A stretch of DNA of 47,690 bases from NCBI GenBank assembly GCA_049999805.1, contig JBNGIO010006005.1, forward strand, positions 1-47,690, written 5' to 3'. Below, piece by piece: positions 1 to 13,302 of this stretch (its first letter is position 1; each line of letters starts with the position of its first letter). Below the pieces are notes generated by a model, which saw only the letters and a program-made list of their open reading frames with translations, did no database searches and had not been told where the DNA came from. The position numbers were made by a program, and so were the translations under genes. The stretch is from Folioceros fuciformis (lineage: Eukaryota).

Positions 1-150
1 CGGGCGGAGATTGTATTTGTACAGGAGACAGACCAGCAGCAGCAGCAGCAGCAGGCTGGCACGCCAGGTCCAACTCCCGGGCGGCCCAGGGCGGTCTCCC
101 TCCCAGGAAGCACCCGAATTTGGCCTTCGGGAGCGGGAGCCGCAGCAGGC

Positions 151-3147
151 ATGGGGAGGTCGGGGCATGGCACGCCCTGCAGCGTCAGCTCCGCCTGCTC
201 CTTCTACGATCAGGACGAGGACTTCTTCCTGGAGGACAGCAGCCTGGGGCAGGGCGAGATCCTGGTCAGCCCGGGAATCTTGGGGACCGGGACGGAGCCC
301 CAGCAGCAGCGCTGCGGGTCGGGGAGCCCCTCCTCCTTTGACTCGCCCCAGCCCCAGGCCATACGCATGCCCGAGACAGCGGCGACGTCGCCTGGCGTCA
401 TCTCCAGCAGCAAGGTTAGCCTGCTGCCATCCCGCAGGTCCAAGAGGGAGGGTGCGGGATCGGGACCCAGGCGAAAGCGGTCGAGCAGCGGCGGCCGCGC
501 TGCCGTCTCGGCATCCGCCATGCATGCCGCCTCCAACAATCTCAGGGCTCCGTCACCCAAGACGGGTGAGATTCTCGTCAAGCTCCAGAAGCTGACCCAG
601 CAGCAGCAGGATCCGCACGACATGGTGGTGAGCATCCACGATCCGGGCCCTGCCGACGCGCCTGGCGCTGGCCCCGGCCCCAACCCAGGCTCCTGGAAGG
701 GCAAACCGCTGCTGGTGCTGGAGTTCCACGACATCTCCTACACGGTGCACAAGCGGCGGGACAAGGGGTGGCTGTGTGGGCTGCGGAGGCGGTGCGGGAG
801 AGGCTCCTCTCCCTCCCCCTCCGTTGAGCGGGATCGGGGGCGGGAGCAGCACCCGGACCCGGACCCGGACCCGGAGCAGGGGGAGGGAACGGGTGCGCTG
901 CGGGGGCCGGAGAAAGACGCGGCGATCGCCAACCCCATGGCCAGGCGTGCCAAGGTGCTTCTGAAGGAGGTGTCCGGGGAGGCGAGGGACGGCGAGATCC
1001 TGGCAGTGATGGGCCCCAGCGGGAGCGGCAAGAGCACTCTCATTGACGCCCTGGCGCAGCGCATCGCCAGGGACAGCCTGGAGGGGAGCATCACGCTGAA
1101 CGGGGAGGTGGTGAGCAACCGGCTGCTGCGATCCATCTCCGCCTACGTGATGCAGGACGACCTGCTCTTCCCCATGCTCACCGTGCACGAGACGCTCATG
1201 TTCTCCGCCAACGTCCGACTTCCCCAGTCGCAGAGCCCCGCCAAGAAGAAAGCCCGCGTGGCACACCTCCTGGAGCAGCTGGGCCTGCAGCGCGTGGCCA
1301 ACACTATCATCGGAGACGAGGGCCACCGCGGGGTGTCAGGCGGCGAGCGCCGGAGAGTGTCCATCGGCATCGACATCATCCACGACCCGCTCCTCCTCTT
1401 CCTGGACGAACCCACATCAGGTGGGCCGGTGGCTGGGTACATGCGCAAGTGTTTGCGAAACGCGCATGCTGCTGGGTTGTTTACTATGACTAACTCACTC
1501 GCACGCCCAATGTTGCGTCTGTCTGTCTGTCTGTGACACACAGGCTTGGATTCGACATCGGCATACCTGGTGATCAGGACGTTGCAGCGAATCGCACAGA
1601 CGGGGAGCATCGTCATCCTCTCCATTCACCAGCCCAGCTACAGGATCCTGGGCCTCCTGGATCGCCTCATCCTGCTGGCGCATGGCCAGAAGATCTACGG
1701 CGGCCCGCCCTCGCTCATGGGCGATTTCTTCAAGGAATTCGGCAGGCCCATCCCGGCACATGAGAACAGCACGGAGTTCGCGCTGGACCTCATCTCGGAG
1801 CTGCACCAGAGCCCCGGCGGGATCAAGCCCTTGGTGGAGTTCTACAAGTCGTGGAGCGGCGGCGGCGGCGGGACGTGGAGGAGCAGCAAATCGGGAGTGG
1901 GAGTGGCCGGTATGGGCCATGTTACTGACGTGCGAGGCGCCATCTCTGCCAGCATCTCCCGGGGCAAGCTTGTGGCCACTCGCGGCTCCTTCGACGTATC
2001 GTCGCAGGTGAGTGGGACGTGCTGCTTGCCATGCTATAATATGCAATCATGTACAGTGCAGTGCAGTCCAGTACAGTAAGTAAGTAGGTGATAAATGAAA
2101 TAATGTGGAAGCATCTGCTGGTGGTACGTACACCTGCAGCAATGGAAGGCGGCGCAGGAGGAGCAGGACCAGGACAGCATGGTGGTGAAGTTCGCCAACC
2201 CGTGGTACAGCGAGATCCCGGTGCTCATCAGGCGGACCGTGATCAACATCAGCAGAACGCCGGAGCTCTTCCTCATGCGCCTGGGCACGGTCATGGTGAC
2301 GGGCTTCCTGCTGGCCACCATCTTCTGGGGGCTGGACCACAGCCCCAAGGGGGTGCAGGAGCGCCTGGGCTTCTTCGCCTTCGCCATGTCCACCACCTAC
2401 TACACCTGCGCGGACGCGCTGCCCGTGTTCCTGCAGGAGCGCTACATCTTCATGCGCGAGACAGCGCACAACGCCTACCGCAAGTCCTCGTACGTGCTGG
2501 CCAACGCCATCATCTACGTGCCTTTTCTGGCGCTGCTGTCCATGGCCTTCGCCCTGGTAATCTGGTGGGCGGTAGGGCTGTCGGGCGGCGGCCAGGGCTT
2601 CCTATTCTTCTTCCTCATCATCTGGGCCAGCTTCTGGGCGGGCAACAGCTTCGTCACCTTCCTCAGCGCCGTCATGCCCAACGTCATGCTCGGCTACACC
2701 ATCGTGGTGGCCATGCTCGCCTACTTCCTCCTGCTATCCGGCTTCTTCATCGCCCGCAACCGCATCCCTCACTACTGGCTCTGGTTCCACTACCTCTCCA
2801 TCATCAAGTACCCGTACGAGGCCGTGCTCATCAACGAGTTCCAACACACCAACGCCTGCTTCGAGACCGGCGCCCAGATCCTCTACGGCACGCCCCTCGC
2901 AGGCCTGCCGCCTTCTACCGTCGCCGGCATGCTAGCGGCGCTCGACTCCTCCCTCCCTGCCACCTCCCCATTCAAGAACCTCAACATCTCCTCCTGCGTA
3001 ACTGACGGCCGAGCCATCCTCCACAATCAGTACGTTACACAGCTCGGTAAGTGGGCTTGCCTGGGCGTCACTGTCGCCTTCGGCGTCCTCTTCCGCATCT
3101 GTTTCTACATCGTCCTACGCCTCGGCGGCAAGAACACCCGCCACTGA
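151..3147 (+). CDS. Half-size ABCG (WBC) transporter, ABCG1/2/6/16/20 (RCN1)-like clade. Exons 151-1420, 1544-2007, 2140-3147. May be 5'-partial because the frame is open back to base 1.
   Basis: Walker [10 protein letters not shown], signature [12 protein letters not shown], and Walker [18 protein letters not shown] joined across GT-AG intron 1421-1543. Intron 2008-2139 keeps the frame into [18 protein letters not shown] and [38 protein letters not shown] match the ABCG1/6/20 clade as I recall it. Confidence 0.93.
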
Positions 3148-3894
3148 GCCCTTTTTCCCTCGTACCGCGTCTACCTATGCAATTCGTCGCTCGCCACCTT
3201 CTTTTTCCTTCCTTCTTTTCTTCCTTCCTTGCTGAGGAGTTACATTTATGGATAACCGTTTGCTTTGCAACAAACCCTTCATTCCATTCACCGAACTTTT
3301 ATTTCTTACACGTCCGTATCCTTGCATGTCCTACTGCCCTTGCCCTTGTCCTTATCCTTACCCTTGCCTTGCGGCTCAAGAAATTTGAATCCCTCACGAG
3401 ACAAGCCGAGACGAGACGACACACGACAAATCCGGCACGGCACACCAAAGTCTTCTACATTCACTATCCTTGTCTAGGGTTTACGCACAAGCCAGAAACA
3501 AAAGACAAATGGCTCAAACAGTAATGGAAAATGAACACTTTTTTTTATACATGTATATGGAACAGAAAAAAAATGGGAAGAAAATAATGAGGCAACGCGA
3601 GGCGAGGCGACGCAAAGGGTAGTCGAGTACAGTATAGGAGGTACATAAAGACACAGACACACCTAGGACAAGACCAAGACCAAGACCAAGACCCAGACTA
3701 AGACCAAGAGCTGCTAAAGCAGGGAGGTGTTAGTCCGAACGGAGGTTGAAAGAAGACGACCGAGCCACTCACTCCCCTGTTCCTCCCAGTGGGATCTCAA
3801 CTGGAAAGGATCTCCCCGTCTCGTCAGGGCCCAGGCTTGGAAACCCAGCGTCATTCGGGACACTCGTCTCGTGTCGTTCACCATGTCCATCACT

Positions 3895-4896
3895 TCATCT
3901 CCCAGTTTCCACGTGGACGGAGAAGGAGTCCATCTCCCCAGGAGTCATGTTGTGTGAGGAATCGGCAGGGCTGAGGGGGTGGTGGCCTAACTCCAGGTCC
4001 GCGTCTTGATGTCCATTCGGGAGCGCCAGGGGCTGGTACTTGCGACGTGTCTGGAGGTCCAGGTCCGGGTCTGGGAAGTCGGAGTGGTACGACATCATCC
4101 AGGAGTAGAGGACGACGGTGAAGACGGTGATGCCCGCCAGCCACCACGTGAATTGGAGGTTGGCGAGGGCTTTGGCTCGCATGGTGGAATTCTGGTCTAC
4201 GCACCGGACCAGATGGTGGTCGCCTTCCTCCACCACAGTGCCGCAGCCGCGGGGAGTGAAGCGGGGGATCCACAGCACCAGGCCCATCTGAATGAACCAC
4301 ACGCCCTGCAGGGTGAGCGACATGGCGCGCACCAGGGACAGCACCAGCAGCTGCGGGAGCTTCACCTCCAGCAGCACCGCTCCGAGGCCGGCCATGATGG
4401 CCAGCTGCAGCAGCCAGTGGTAGTGGCCCTCCACTCCCATGTGGTCCGAGCTGTGCAGGTGGAAGAGCAGCAGCTCCTGGCTCAGAAGCAGCCCGGCCAC
4501 CAGGTGCAGCAGCCCCTGCGGCAGCGGCACCCGCCTCCAGTCCGTGTAGAGCGCCACCAGCGCGTAGATGAGGAAGAAGAGCGACATGGAGGCGTGCTCG
4601 AAGTTGTTGAGATGCTCTTGCGGGATTGCCCAGCTCGCGTCCAGCGGCTGGTGCTTCTTGGGTCCCAGGAACAGCTCCCACGCGATGGACAGCGTCGCGC
4701 CGCCCGCGATCAGAAATAGCTCCACATAGCGCATCCTGCTTGTCTTGGCCCCGCTCTTGTCCCACGCCGGGAACCATGTCCTGCTCTCGTACCGCCACGG
4801 ATTGCTTGTGTAGAGCCGCAGCATGCTGATGAGGTGCCACAGGCCTATCAGGAGGAAGCCTACCCCTGGAAGGATGTGCCCAACAAACGTCCCCAT
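3895..4896 (-). CDS. TMEM45/DUF716 family multi-pass membrane protein, single coding exon
   Basis: Starts MGTFVGHILPGVGFLLIGLWH and contains HLNNFEHASM, FHLHSSDHMGVEGHYHWLLQ, LQGVWFIQMG and RAKALANLQF, typical of plant DUF716. ATG at 4896 follows an AG acceptor, suggesting a 5'UTR intron (possible donor near 5184). Confidence 0.9.
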   Translation of the reverse strand: MGTFVGHILPGVGFLLIGLWHLISMLRLYTSNPWRYESRTWFPAWDKSGAKTSRMRYVELFLIAGGATLSIAWELFLGPKKHQPLDASWAIPQEHLNNFEHASMSLFFLIYALVALYTDWRRVPLPQGLLHLVAGLLLSQELLLFHLHSSDHMGVEGHYHWLLQLAIMAGLGAVLLEVKLPQLLVLSLVRAMSLTLQGVWFIQMGLVLWIPRFTPRGCGTVVEEGDHHLVRCVDQNSTMRAKALANLQFTWWLAGITVFTVVLYSWMMSYHSDFPDPDLDLQTRRKYQPLALPNGHQDADLELGHHPLSPADSSHNMTPGEMDSFSVHVETGR

Positions 4897-6685
4897 GCCT
4901 GCAACCTGAGCCTGGACTAAACTCGCCTTCAAGATCAAAGCAAAGCAAGCTGCCTTCGAAATTGGAAGATCCTCACGGTGCAATCTCGAGAGACAAGCAG
5001 GCTCCGCCTCCTCCCTGTCTTCCCCCCCAACAGAGTGTGCACTGCGGCCTTTTCAGCAGTCGGAGGTGGACAGGTCCAGCGAAGCAGCTTCACGTGGCAC
5101 CAACCACTTTGTTGCTCCTAACACTGTAGAATGTAAGTGATAATAGCACCTGCACCTGCACCTGCACCTGCTCGAGACGCTTACCGGAAGTTGCCGTGGA
5201 AGCTCAGCTCCTCTTCGTCGCCGCCTGTGTCCAAAGCCCCCTTTGCTCTGACTCTCACTTTGACACAAGCTCTAGAGAATTCCGTGGAGTTGCGTGCGTG
5301 ATAAGCCAAAGGGCTCACCAAAAGCTCATCACTCTCACACACTGTCTTCCTGCGCCCGCGTTGCATATTCCTTTCATTCAACACAGCGCCTGCCAAAATA
5401 GCAACTGCTGCTCCAGGGCTCCAGGGCTCCCAGGTTAACGTTCCATGATAGGCCCAAGCCTGTTCTGGCAGCGCTCAGCTCCAAATCTCCGGTCACACAT
5501 CTCTCGTCTGCTCAGTGCTTAAACCTCTTGATGCCAACACCTGGCCCATCCGCGGTGGACGCCACAATTTTGTGGTCCCCAGTCCTGGACGGGTTGCTCT
5601 CACTCCGTGCCAATAGCTAGCAGCTGTAGCACCACTTTGCGGCTGCTCCTTCCTATTCCTGCCAGGTTTCTTAACAACATGCAAAAGTTGTGGCTGAGGT
5701 GAGGTCTCCTGACATCCTCCTCCGCAACCCCGTCAGTATGCTACGTGAGGGACGAGTTACGGGAGTAATGGAACGGAACAAAATATCACTCCGACATCAC
5801 ATCCTTCGCTCCCATCACAAAGCTTTCCGGAGGAGAAGGACGACTAAAACAGGAACCAAGCACGCCAGCGAGGTGAGGTGAGTTCCGTCTCCAATGGGAC
5901 CATCCGGCGGCCAGGGATGATAAGGGCCCCGCCAGGGAGGACGTGTGCGCTCGTTCCTTTCCCGCGCTTTCTCCTTCTTCCTGTTGGTACCGTCTCTGTC
6001 GGTCGGGTGGAAGAGCAGCTTCTGGTCCCAGTTCCCGCGACAACCCTGGCAGCAGCCGCCCCGATGACTATGATCCACACTTAAATCACGCTTGCCCACC
6101 GCCAGTTCTTTTCCTCTGCCCTTTGCTCCCCCGGATAGGATCATCACCCGAGCCAGCCGTGGTCCATCTTCTCTCTCCAAGCTACCACTGTTCCGCAGGC
6201 ACGGCCTGTGCAGATTCTTCTTCTCTTGACCAATGACCCGTCAGCCGCCGCCGCCTCTTGGAGAACTGGACTTGGCGGGTCGGGGACTGCCGGAGTTCTG
6301 GATTAGATTTGGGGCCATTGCTCTACTGGCAGCGTCGGCTGGTACGGCAGAGCCCTCGCCGGGGCTCGGCACTGTGCCTCCTGCTGCTGCTGCTGCTGCG
6401 TGAACTGCACGTACTTGCTTGTTTCCCTCTTGGTGTTCGGGACTCCGGTTTCTGTATGTTCTGAGAGCCTCTTTCCCGGGTTTGTTGTCATCAGGTGGCG
6501 TTTGATGATGCCAGGGATGGCAGGTTGTACTCAGACCGCCCCGGTACGTACTTCAGCAAGGGGTGGGTGGTGGGTGTGTTGAAGTTTGTGGTGCAATTGC
6601 TGAATTCCCTCGCTGTCTGGACACCAGCTCGATTGTCCAAGGGCACGTTGTTGGCTCTCGACTCGCAGGTGGTTCCTAGCCGTCA

Positions 6686-9600
6686 ATGAGGCCTATCTGG
6701 CATAGCCTTCGCAAGCATCAAGCCAAGGAATCCCGGGACCCCAAGTCCCCGTTTGAAAGGTGAGGAGTATTCTCCCTGACTTCGAGCGTCTTGCAACAAA
6801 CCTCTCCTGGCGTATGCCGCACAGCTGCAGGACATTATCTTTCGTGCGCATGATTAGGGATCGGTCTATGCTTCTCATAGTTCAGTATTTGCCGAGTGAC
6901 TGCTGGAATCGATCTTGATGGCAAGCAAATCCTGACTTTGCTCGGCTGGTATCAGGGAAACGATCCAAAACCCCATTTCTGAAAGGGTTAGTGCTGTACA
7001 TGGAGCTACTGCTAAGGCCGTCGATTCTGGCCATCAACGAGGGTCGAAATTTAAGCTCGTCAGGCTGCCAGGCAGGCAGCTCAAGGTTGATGTGTCTAAA
7101 GGGCTCCTCATGCTTGTCTCTGCTCTCGAGGCCAATTCTGCGTCATCTCCTGTCTCCTCTACTTTGGTCTTGAGAGTAAGAACGAGAAACTCTTCAACCT
7201 GTCAGGAACGAGGCTGTTCGTCCATGTCCCTAGCGTTCGTAGGGAGCAGAATGGCCTTATGCTTTCTCAATTTCCTTTTTCCCTCCCCCCTTTCCTGAAC
7301 TCAAAGCAGTGAAACTTTCGTTCTGTTACACGCAGAGGGGTCACAACGTAGCCTTCTTGTCGTCCAAGGAAAAGAATGAAAGCAGGGGAGTAGCTGAAGC
7401 CACGGATGGTTGCTCTTTGTTAGGTGTTCTGGACAGCCATCAGCCCGATTCAGCCCAAGCCCATACTGTCATTGACGGGTCTCCACCTGTGGACAGTGGA
7501 TTGACGTTGATCAGCCCTGAAATTCGCGCTCTGCCGCCTAGGACAATTGACTTTGGGAAGTTGGGAAGGATGGTGGGTGGTGGTAAGAAGGGTAGGCGAT
7601 CAAAGTACCGTGTTAAGGGCATCAAGGCTAGCCCTGATGATCCGTTGGAACCAGTTCCTCGAAATGGGGCTGGTTCTCTCATTCATGATCACACCCTGGC
7701 TCCTTCTCACACTCTATCTGACTTCGCCTTCGATGAGTTGACCAGTCGTCTTGTGGAGGGATATGCTGCAGAGGAGAGGGCAGATCTGAGGTATCCTCTT
7801 TCAGTGAGTGCAGATGCTGTGAGGTTTGGACCGCCACCCAGGTGTTCATTGTCAGAGCCCGATCTGGCAACAATTGAGTATACTTCAGGTGCTGACCTTT
7901 TCATGGTTCGGGGTTTGAATTCATACATTGCAATGAACTCTTGGCTGATAATGCTTCGGACGTTCGAGATAAATTGCACCTCCTTTGTTCTTGTTTCATT
8001 TGAAGAGCTTGCTAGCTGAGCTGTGTTACCATTCCATGAAGCTGCCATGTCAGGTTGCGTTTGGTCGAACATTCACTCTGCACCTTTGGCCGTTGTCAGT
8101 CTCTTTGATCAGGACCTATCCAAGATTCTGGCTGTAAACCTGAATGCGTTGCTTAGTATAGGGTGTAGCATGGTCTGTCTAGTGCAGGACATGAAGTTTC
8201 CACTGTCCTACTCTGAACATACGCTTTCGTATTCTAAGCAGGTTGGCTTGGTGATGATCATGCCATTCGTGTTGCGTCTGTACTGTCTGAGAAGTTCTCT
8301 GATGAGAGAAGCAAGGACAATCAAGATATTGCGATAGAAGAGTTTTCAAGCTTACTGGGGCATGGTGATAGGTACCTAGAGGTGCTTCAAATTGCTGAGC
8401 GTGTAAAGGAAATGGATGCATGTGCTGCCCGTTCTGCATCTGAATCCTCGTTGTCTGGAGTATGGCCTCACACAATGGGCCGGCAACCTCAAAGGATGAA
8501 TAGTGCCGGGGACATTATCTGGCAATTAGAGGACGTTGCTGAGGACTATGGAGACGCATATGAAGAGATGGAGCAGAGAATTTCAGTGTGCAGCGTAGTT
8601 GGAGGTGCTGTATTAAGAGGAGTGGTGAGGGCCCTCACGGAGGAATCAGCTGAAGCTCTTAACAGTGCAAGCACAGAACTGGCAGAGATGAAAGCAGAAA
8701 TGGAAAGAAAAAATGAAAGGATAGCAGATCTGCTAGATAAAATGCATCAGAAGGAAGCAGAGACAGCTACTTTGATCCGTGAATTTCAGTTCCAACAATC
8801 CACGTTTGTTTCAGATTTGCTCCGAGAGAAAGAGGTGGTGCTGCAGATGGCTAGGGAAAAGGAGAGCTGTGTCAGCACCAAAGAAAAGGAACTGACTGAG
8901 CTGGCTGGGAACTTGGTACATGTGTCCTTGCAGCTGGATGGCGAAACTAAGAAGGTCGCTTTGCTGGAGAAGCAGATGAACGACCTCCGCAATGCTCAGG
9001 CTGCAAAGATACGGGAAATTGCCAATTTAATTGAGGAGACAAACAGAATGAAGTGTGACAATGAGGAAGCCCTAGATGAGGTGAAGCGGGAGTCTAGGCT
9101 GAGAGAGTTACGTGTGAAGGAAACATTGGACCGCCTCCTGAAAGAGAAGGAAGTTGAGGTAAGAGATTTGAGCAAACAGAGAACAGAACATCTGGAGAAG
9201 ATCAACTCAATGGAGGCCCTTGAGAGAACCCTGAGACAGGAACTGAGCATGTCTAATAAGATAGTGGCGGCCTTAGAGAACAGCTTGCAGGAAAGCCTGA
9301 CGTGTTTTGATTGTGTGGTGATCGAGAAGCATGAACTGACAGCGAAGCTAAGAGAGTTGTTCAAACAGTTCGGTCAAAGGGAGCAGTATGTGATTCTGCT
9401 GGAGGAGCAAGTGTGGACTGGATCTGAGGAGCGGTCCATTATCCTTGAATTGTGGAGAGGAAAAATGGCTGATGTGCAGGCAGCAATGCAAGTTATTAGC
9501 ACCAAAGCAGAGGAGGATAAGATCAACTGGGCAGGGAAGCTGTCTGTTCAATCTCAGCTGCGGGAAGATACGTTGCAAGAGCTGAATAACCTGCAAGTGT

Positions 9601-12600
9601 TGAACGGTGGCCTTCAAGGCAAGGTGCACAATTTGGAACACGAAATTGCTTTGCAGAAGGATAGTCTGGAAAATCAGATGAGGGATCTGGACCAGAAATA
9701 CTTGGACCAGTCTAAATGTCTTGAGGCAACCTCTGCAGAACTTCTTTCAGAGAAGCAAGCAAAATCCATCATGGAGCAGGAGCTTCATGAGTTGAGGCTG
9801 GAAGTGGGTTCTCTACGAGAACAAGTTGACCTCCAGAGCAAAGAACGAGAATTGGGGGATAATGCCTGGGGTGACAAGCTGACTTTTCAGTTACAAGAGA
9901 ATGCACTTAATGTGCAAGAGCTGGAGCGTTTGCAGGATGTAAACTGTAACATGGCCAAAGAGCTTCTGGAGATCAAGCTGCATGCGTCATTGCTAAAACA
10001 TCAGCTGGATAGGCAAACAGAGGAGCTTGATGAGGTTCGGAGGTGTTGGGCAGATGATAAGTCGAATCAGTCGTCATTGCTTGAGGACAACAGAAGGGAA
10101 CTTACATCACTGCGACACATGAGAGAAACACTAGAAGCAGACGTGAGGAATTTAAAGTTGGAGAATGATGCTTTGAAAGAAAACCTGGAGAGCCAACTGA
10201 AAGCGTGGAAAGATGAAAAAGCCCGCTGGAGCAAGGACAGTGCCACATATGAAGAGCTGGTTGAAGAGAAAAGCATGGCGTTGATAGCATCAAGGTTTGA
10301 CGTTGATGCCTTGCAACAGCAGGTGGCAAAGTTTGAGGAGGAAAGATTGTTGAGCGCAGATCAGATAGAGGAAGAAAGGAGGACCTCGCAGGAGATATCT
10401 GCAGAATTGCAAAAGCTAGAGGCCAGTTTTGGCGCCTTTGTTCAGAATACAAATGGCATCCACCAGAATGCATTTCAGCATGCGAGGCACCTTGAGGCAG
10501 TTGAAGAGCAGATGCTGTCTCATCTGTGGAGGCTGGAAATGGAACTGGACATCATTAGCACAGTCTTTGGGAGCTCATCTGAAAATATTTTGCGGCAGGC
10601 TGATGAGATAGCGGTGGACCATGCTTTGACCGCTGAGCACCTCTCTTTCTGCCTTTCTGAGCTGGAACGCACGAAAACTGTCTTGTGTAGTCAGGCTGTT
10701 GATATTGAAGATGTCCAAACAGCCAATGCTAAGCTTTCTGAGTTCTCGGATCAATTATGTTCTGAAATAGAAAGTTGCACTGAAGAAATTTCTCGGTGCA
10801 AGATAGCTTTAAGTGAGGCAACTTCCAGGGCAGAGAGGTCAAAGGGGGAATTCATTACTCTTCAGCAGAAGATGGCCAACATTAGGCTGAAGCTGGAGGA
10901 AAGCTTGCATGACAAAGTTGCAGAAGTTCTCAGGTTGAAGGATGAATTGAAAACTGTATATTTGGAGGCAAGAGAATCTGAGTGGAAGTACGAGTCGGAG
11001 AGCTCCTTAGTTCTTCATGTTGTTGATGCATGGAGGAAGAACATGGAAGAAAGCTTTTCCTGGTATGGTGATCAAGTTTCTTTGAGGGAAGAAAGAAAAT
11101 CCATCCTTACCGGTCAACTGAATGCAAGGCCGAGTCCTGAACTGGGGTTCCCGGCTCTTGCTTCGTACCGAGATGAATATCAGACGCTCCAAGACGAGAG
11201 ATGGGACACTCAGTGGAAGCACAAAATTGAACAAGAGATAAGTAGTGTGATATATGAAGACAAATTCTATGAACTGGCTCGGCTGCTGGATGAATCGACT
11301 TCGAAATTGGTAGATACGGCATCCATGCTATCAAAAGAGGCTGTGTCTCTTGAAATCCAATCCCCAGCCTCGGCCCCTCGCAGTTCCAGGGCCAGCAGGA
11401 TGGAGAGTCGGGACAAGTTTAGGGAGCAGCAGGTGCTCATTGCGCAAGAGGAAGTTGAGGCATCAGCAGGTGCGATAGCAGAGGAGTCTCCGAAAGAGCT
11501 TTCACCTGTAGCAGTGGCAGGCAGCTCGGAGGCGACCCAGAAGAGCCCTACCCTGTATCATCGGGTGTTCGATCACAACACCGATACTAGAGTGCTTGAA
11601 GGTGATGTGCGGCTCGAATTGGGGAGGGACGAGACCAGCATGACTGGTGTAGAGGATGAAGCCGGATTGAAAGTGCTCAACAAGGCACTAGTAGATGATC
11701 TGAAAGCAAAAATGTATGAGTGGAGCAGAGAGAAGGATATGCTTATTGCAGAGAAGACAGAACAGCTGTATACTTTGAAACGGGAACTTTTGAAAGAGAA
11801 AGAAAAAGAGCGAGGAGAAATCATCTCCAAGAAAGAAAGAGAGGTAGAAGCCATGAGGAATGAGCTCAGAAAGGTGGAAGCTTCTGTGCGTGAGCAAGCC
11901 AACTGTGAGCACGATAAGGTTCTGTCTAGGTTAACGGATGAGTGGGACAGGGAGAGATCTAGACTGCTGGAATTGTTGGAGAAAGGAAAGGATCGTGAGG
12001 ATTTGAATATCTTGGAGCTCACAGAGGAGTATCATAATGCCAAAGCTGATTTGCAAGGAACAATTGCAGCCAAGGAAGTGAAGATTCAAGCTCTTGCCGC
12101 AGAGTTGAGCGTGGCAAAGATGAATGAAGAAAGGTTTCAGGCAAGGGTTGGAGAACTCGCAGAAGAAGTAGCCAGACTGGCAAAAGAAATCAGCGAGGGC
12201 AGCATCTGGCATCACGATGAATTGGAAGGTGTGCAGGCAGATTTGGAAGCGAAGGAGAGTGCTCTGCAGGTAGCGAATGAAAGGTTGCTTATTGAGCAAA
12301 GGCAGAAGGCTGGATTGGAAGCTGACCTAGAGAGAGTACAAGCTGCTGTTGATGAACTGGATGAAGCACTTTGCAGAGTCACTGGGGAGTTTCAGGAAGA
12401 AAAAGCGAACAGGGAGAAGTTATTATCAGATGTGCAGGCTTGTAAATATGAGATGGCTGTTCTGAATGGCAGATCAGTTGCAGAGAGGAGGGAGGTAGAA
12501 TATCACCTCACTGCTCAGCTTCAAAAACTGGACAAAAAATATCAAATGCTGGAGTCTGTTGTTGCTGGGAAGATCCAGCAGCAGAATTTCAGGTATTCAA

Positions 12601-13302
12601 CTGCCCACGGAAGTGTGATGCATGTTGGTTGTGTGTGCGTACTAAGTTTTTTAACATGATAATTTTATCGAGTCTCTTGAGGCCATATTGTAAGTGCCCA
12701 AATGAGTTGTGTTATGGCGGCCGGCCTCCGTAGTTTCTAGTACTTGAAAGCAGCGTCATGCTAGTTGCACATAATGCTTTGGCGGATTGTACCTCAGGCT
12801 GGAGGGTGCACATAAGGAAGTGAAACTGGTGCAAGGAGAACTTGCCTCTTTGTTATCCAAAGAAGAAGACTACAGAAGGAAGATTCTTAAGCAGCAGCGT
12901 AATCTTCAGACAGCGGAAGAAGAGGTGTGGTTCCAGGGTTTCATTCTTACCAATTGGTGTGGCCTACCTTGTTGGAGCCAGGTTGTCTAGGGCGCTTTTG
13001 ACTGTGTCCCACTGATGTCTCTTGCTGTCAGGTGGATCTGTTGGGGGATGAAGTCGAATCCCTTCTGACTCTGGTGGAAAGAGTGGATTCTGTTTTGGAA
13101 CACTACTCACCTGTTCTGAAGCACTATCCTGGAGTAATTCACGTCCCCTTTGTTCCATCGAATCTCGCTGGTTTTTTCGATCCTATGAAATGCTGATTCG
13201 TGTTTCAATTTTGTTGCCGACCAGATGGCAGACCTTGTGCAGCTTGTTCGAGAAACAGTGCTCCAGAGGATGGATTCAACCTTCACAAAGCAAGTGAGGT
13301 AA
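6686..13302 (+). CDS. WPP-domain-associated protein (WAP)-like long coiled-coil protein, ~1788 aa. Exons 6686-6759, 6956-7175, 7336-7888, 8380-12592, 12798-12924, 13032-13133, 13225-13302.
   Basis: All junctions are GT-AG and phase-compatible (5367 nt in total). C-terminal [42 protein letters not shown] and N-terminal [26 protein letters not shown] resemble the conserved WAP blocks. The first three exons are less certain. Confidence 0.8.

Noticed and set aside
151-3147. STR/STR2 (mycorrhizal ABCG) identity
   Set aside because: TMD motifs ([35 protein letters not shown]) fit the ABCG1/6/20 clade better than STR as I recall it. A phylogeny is needed to settle it.
3890-4948. Alternative-frame and antisense long ORFs over the DUF716, ABCG and GRAS genes
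   Set aside because: Expected by-products of high-GC3 coding sequence.
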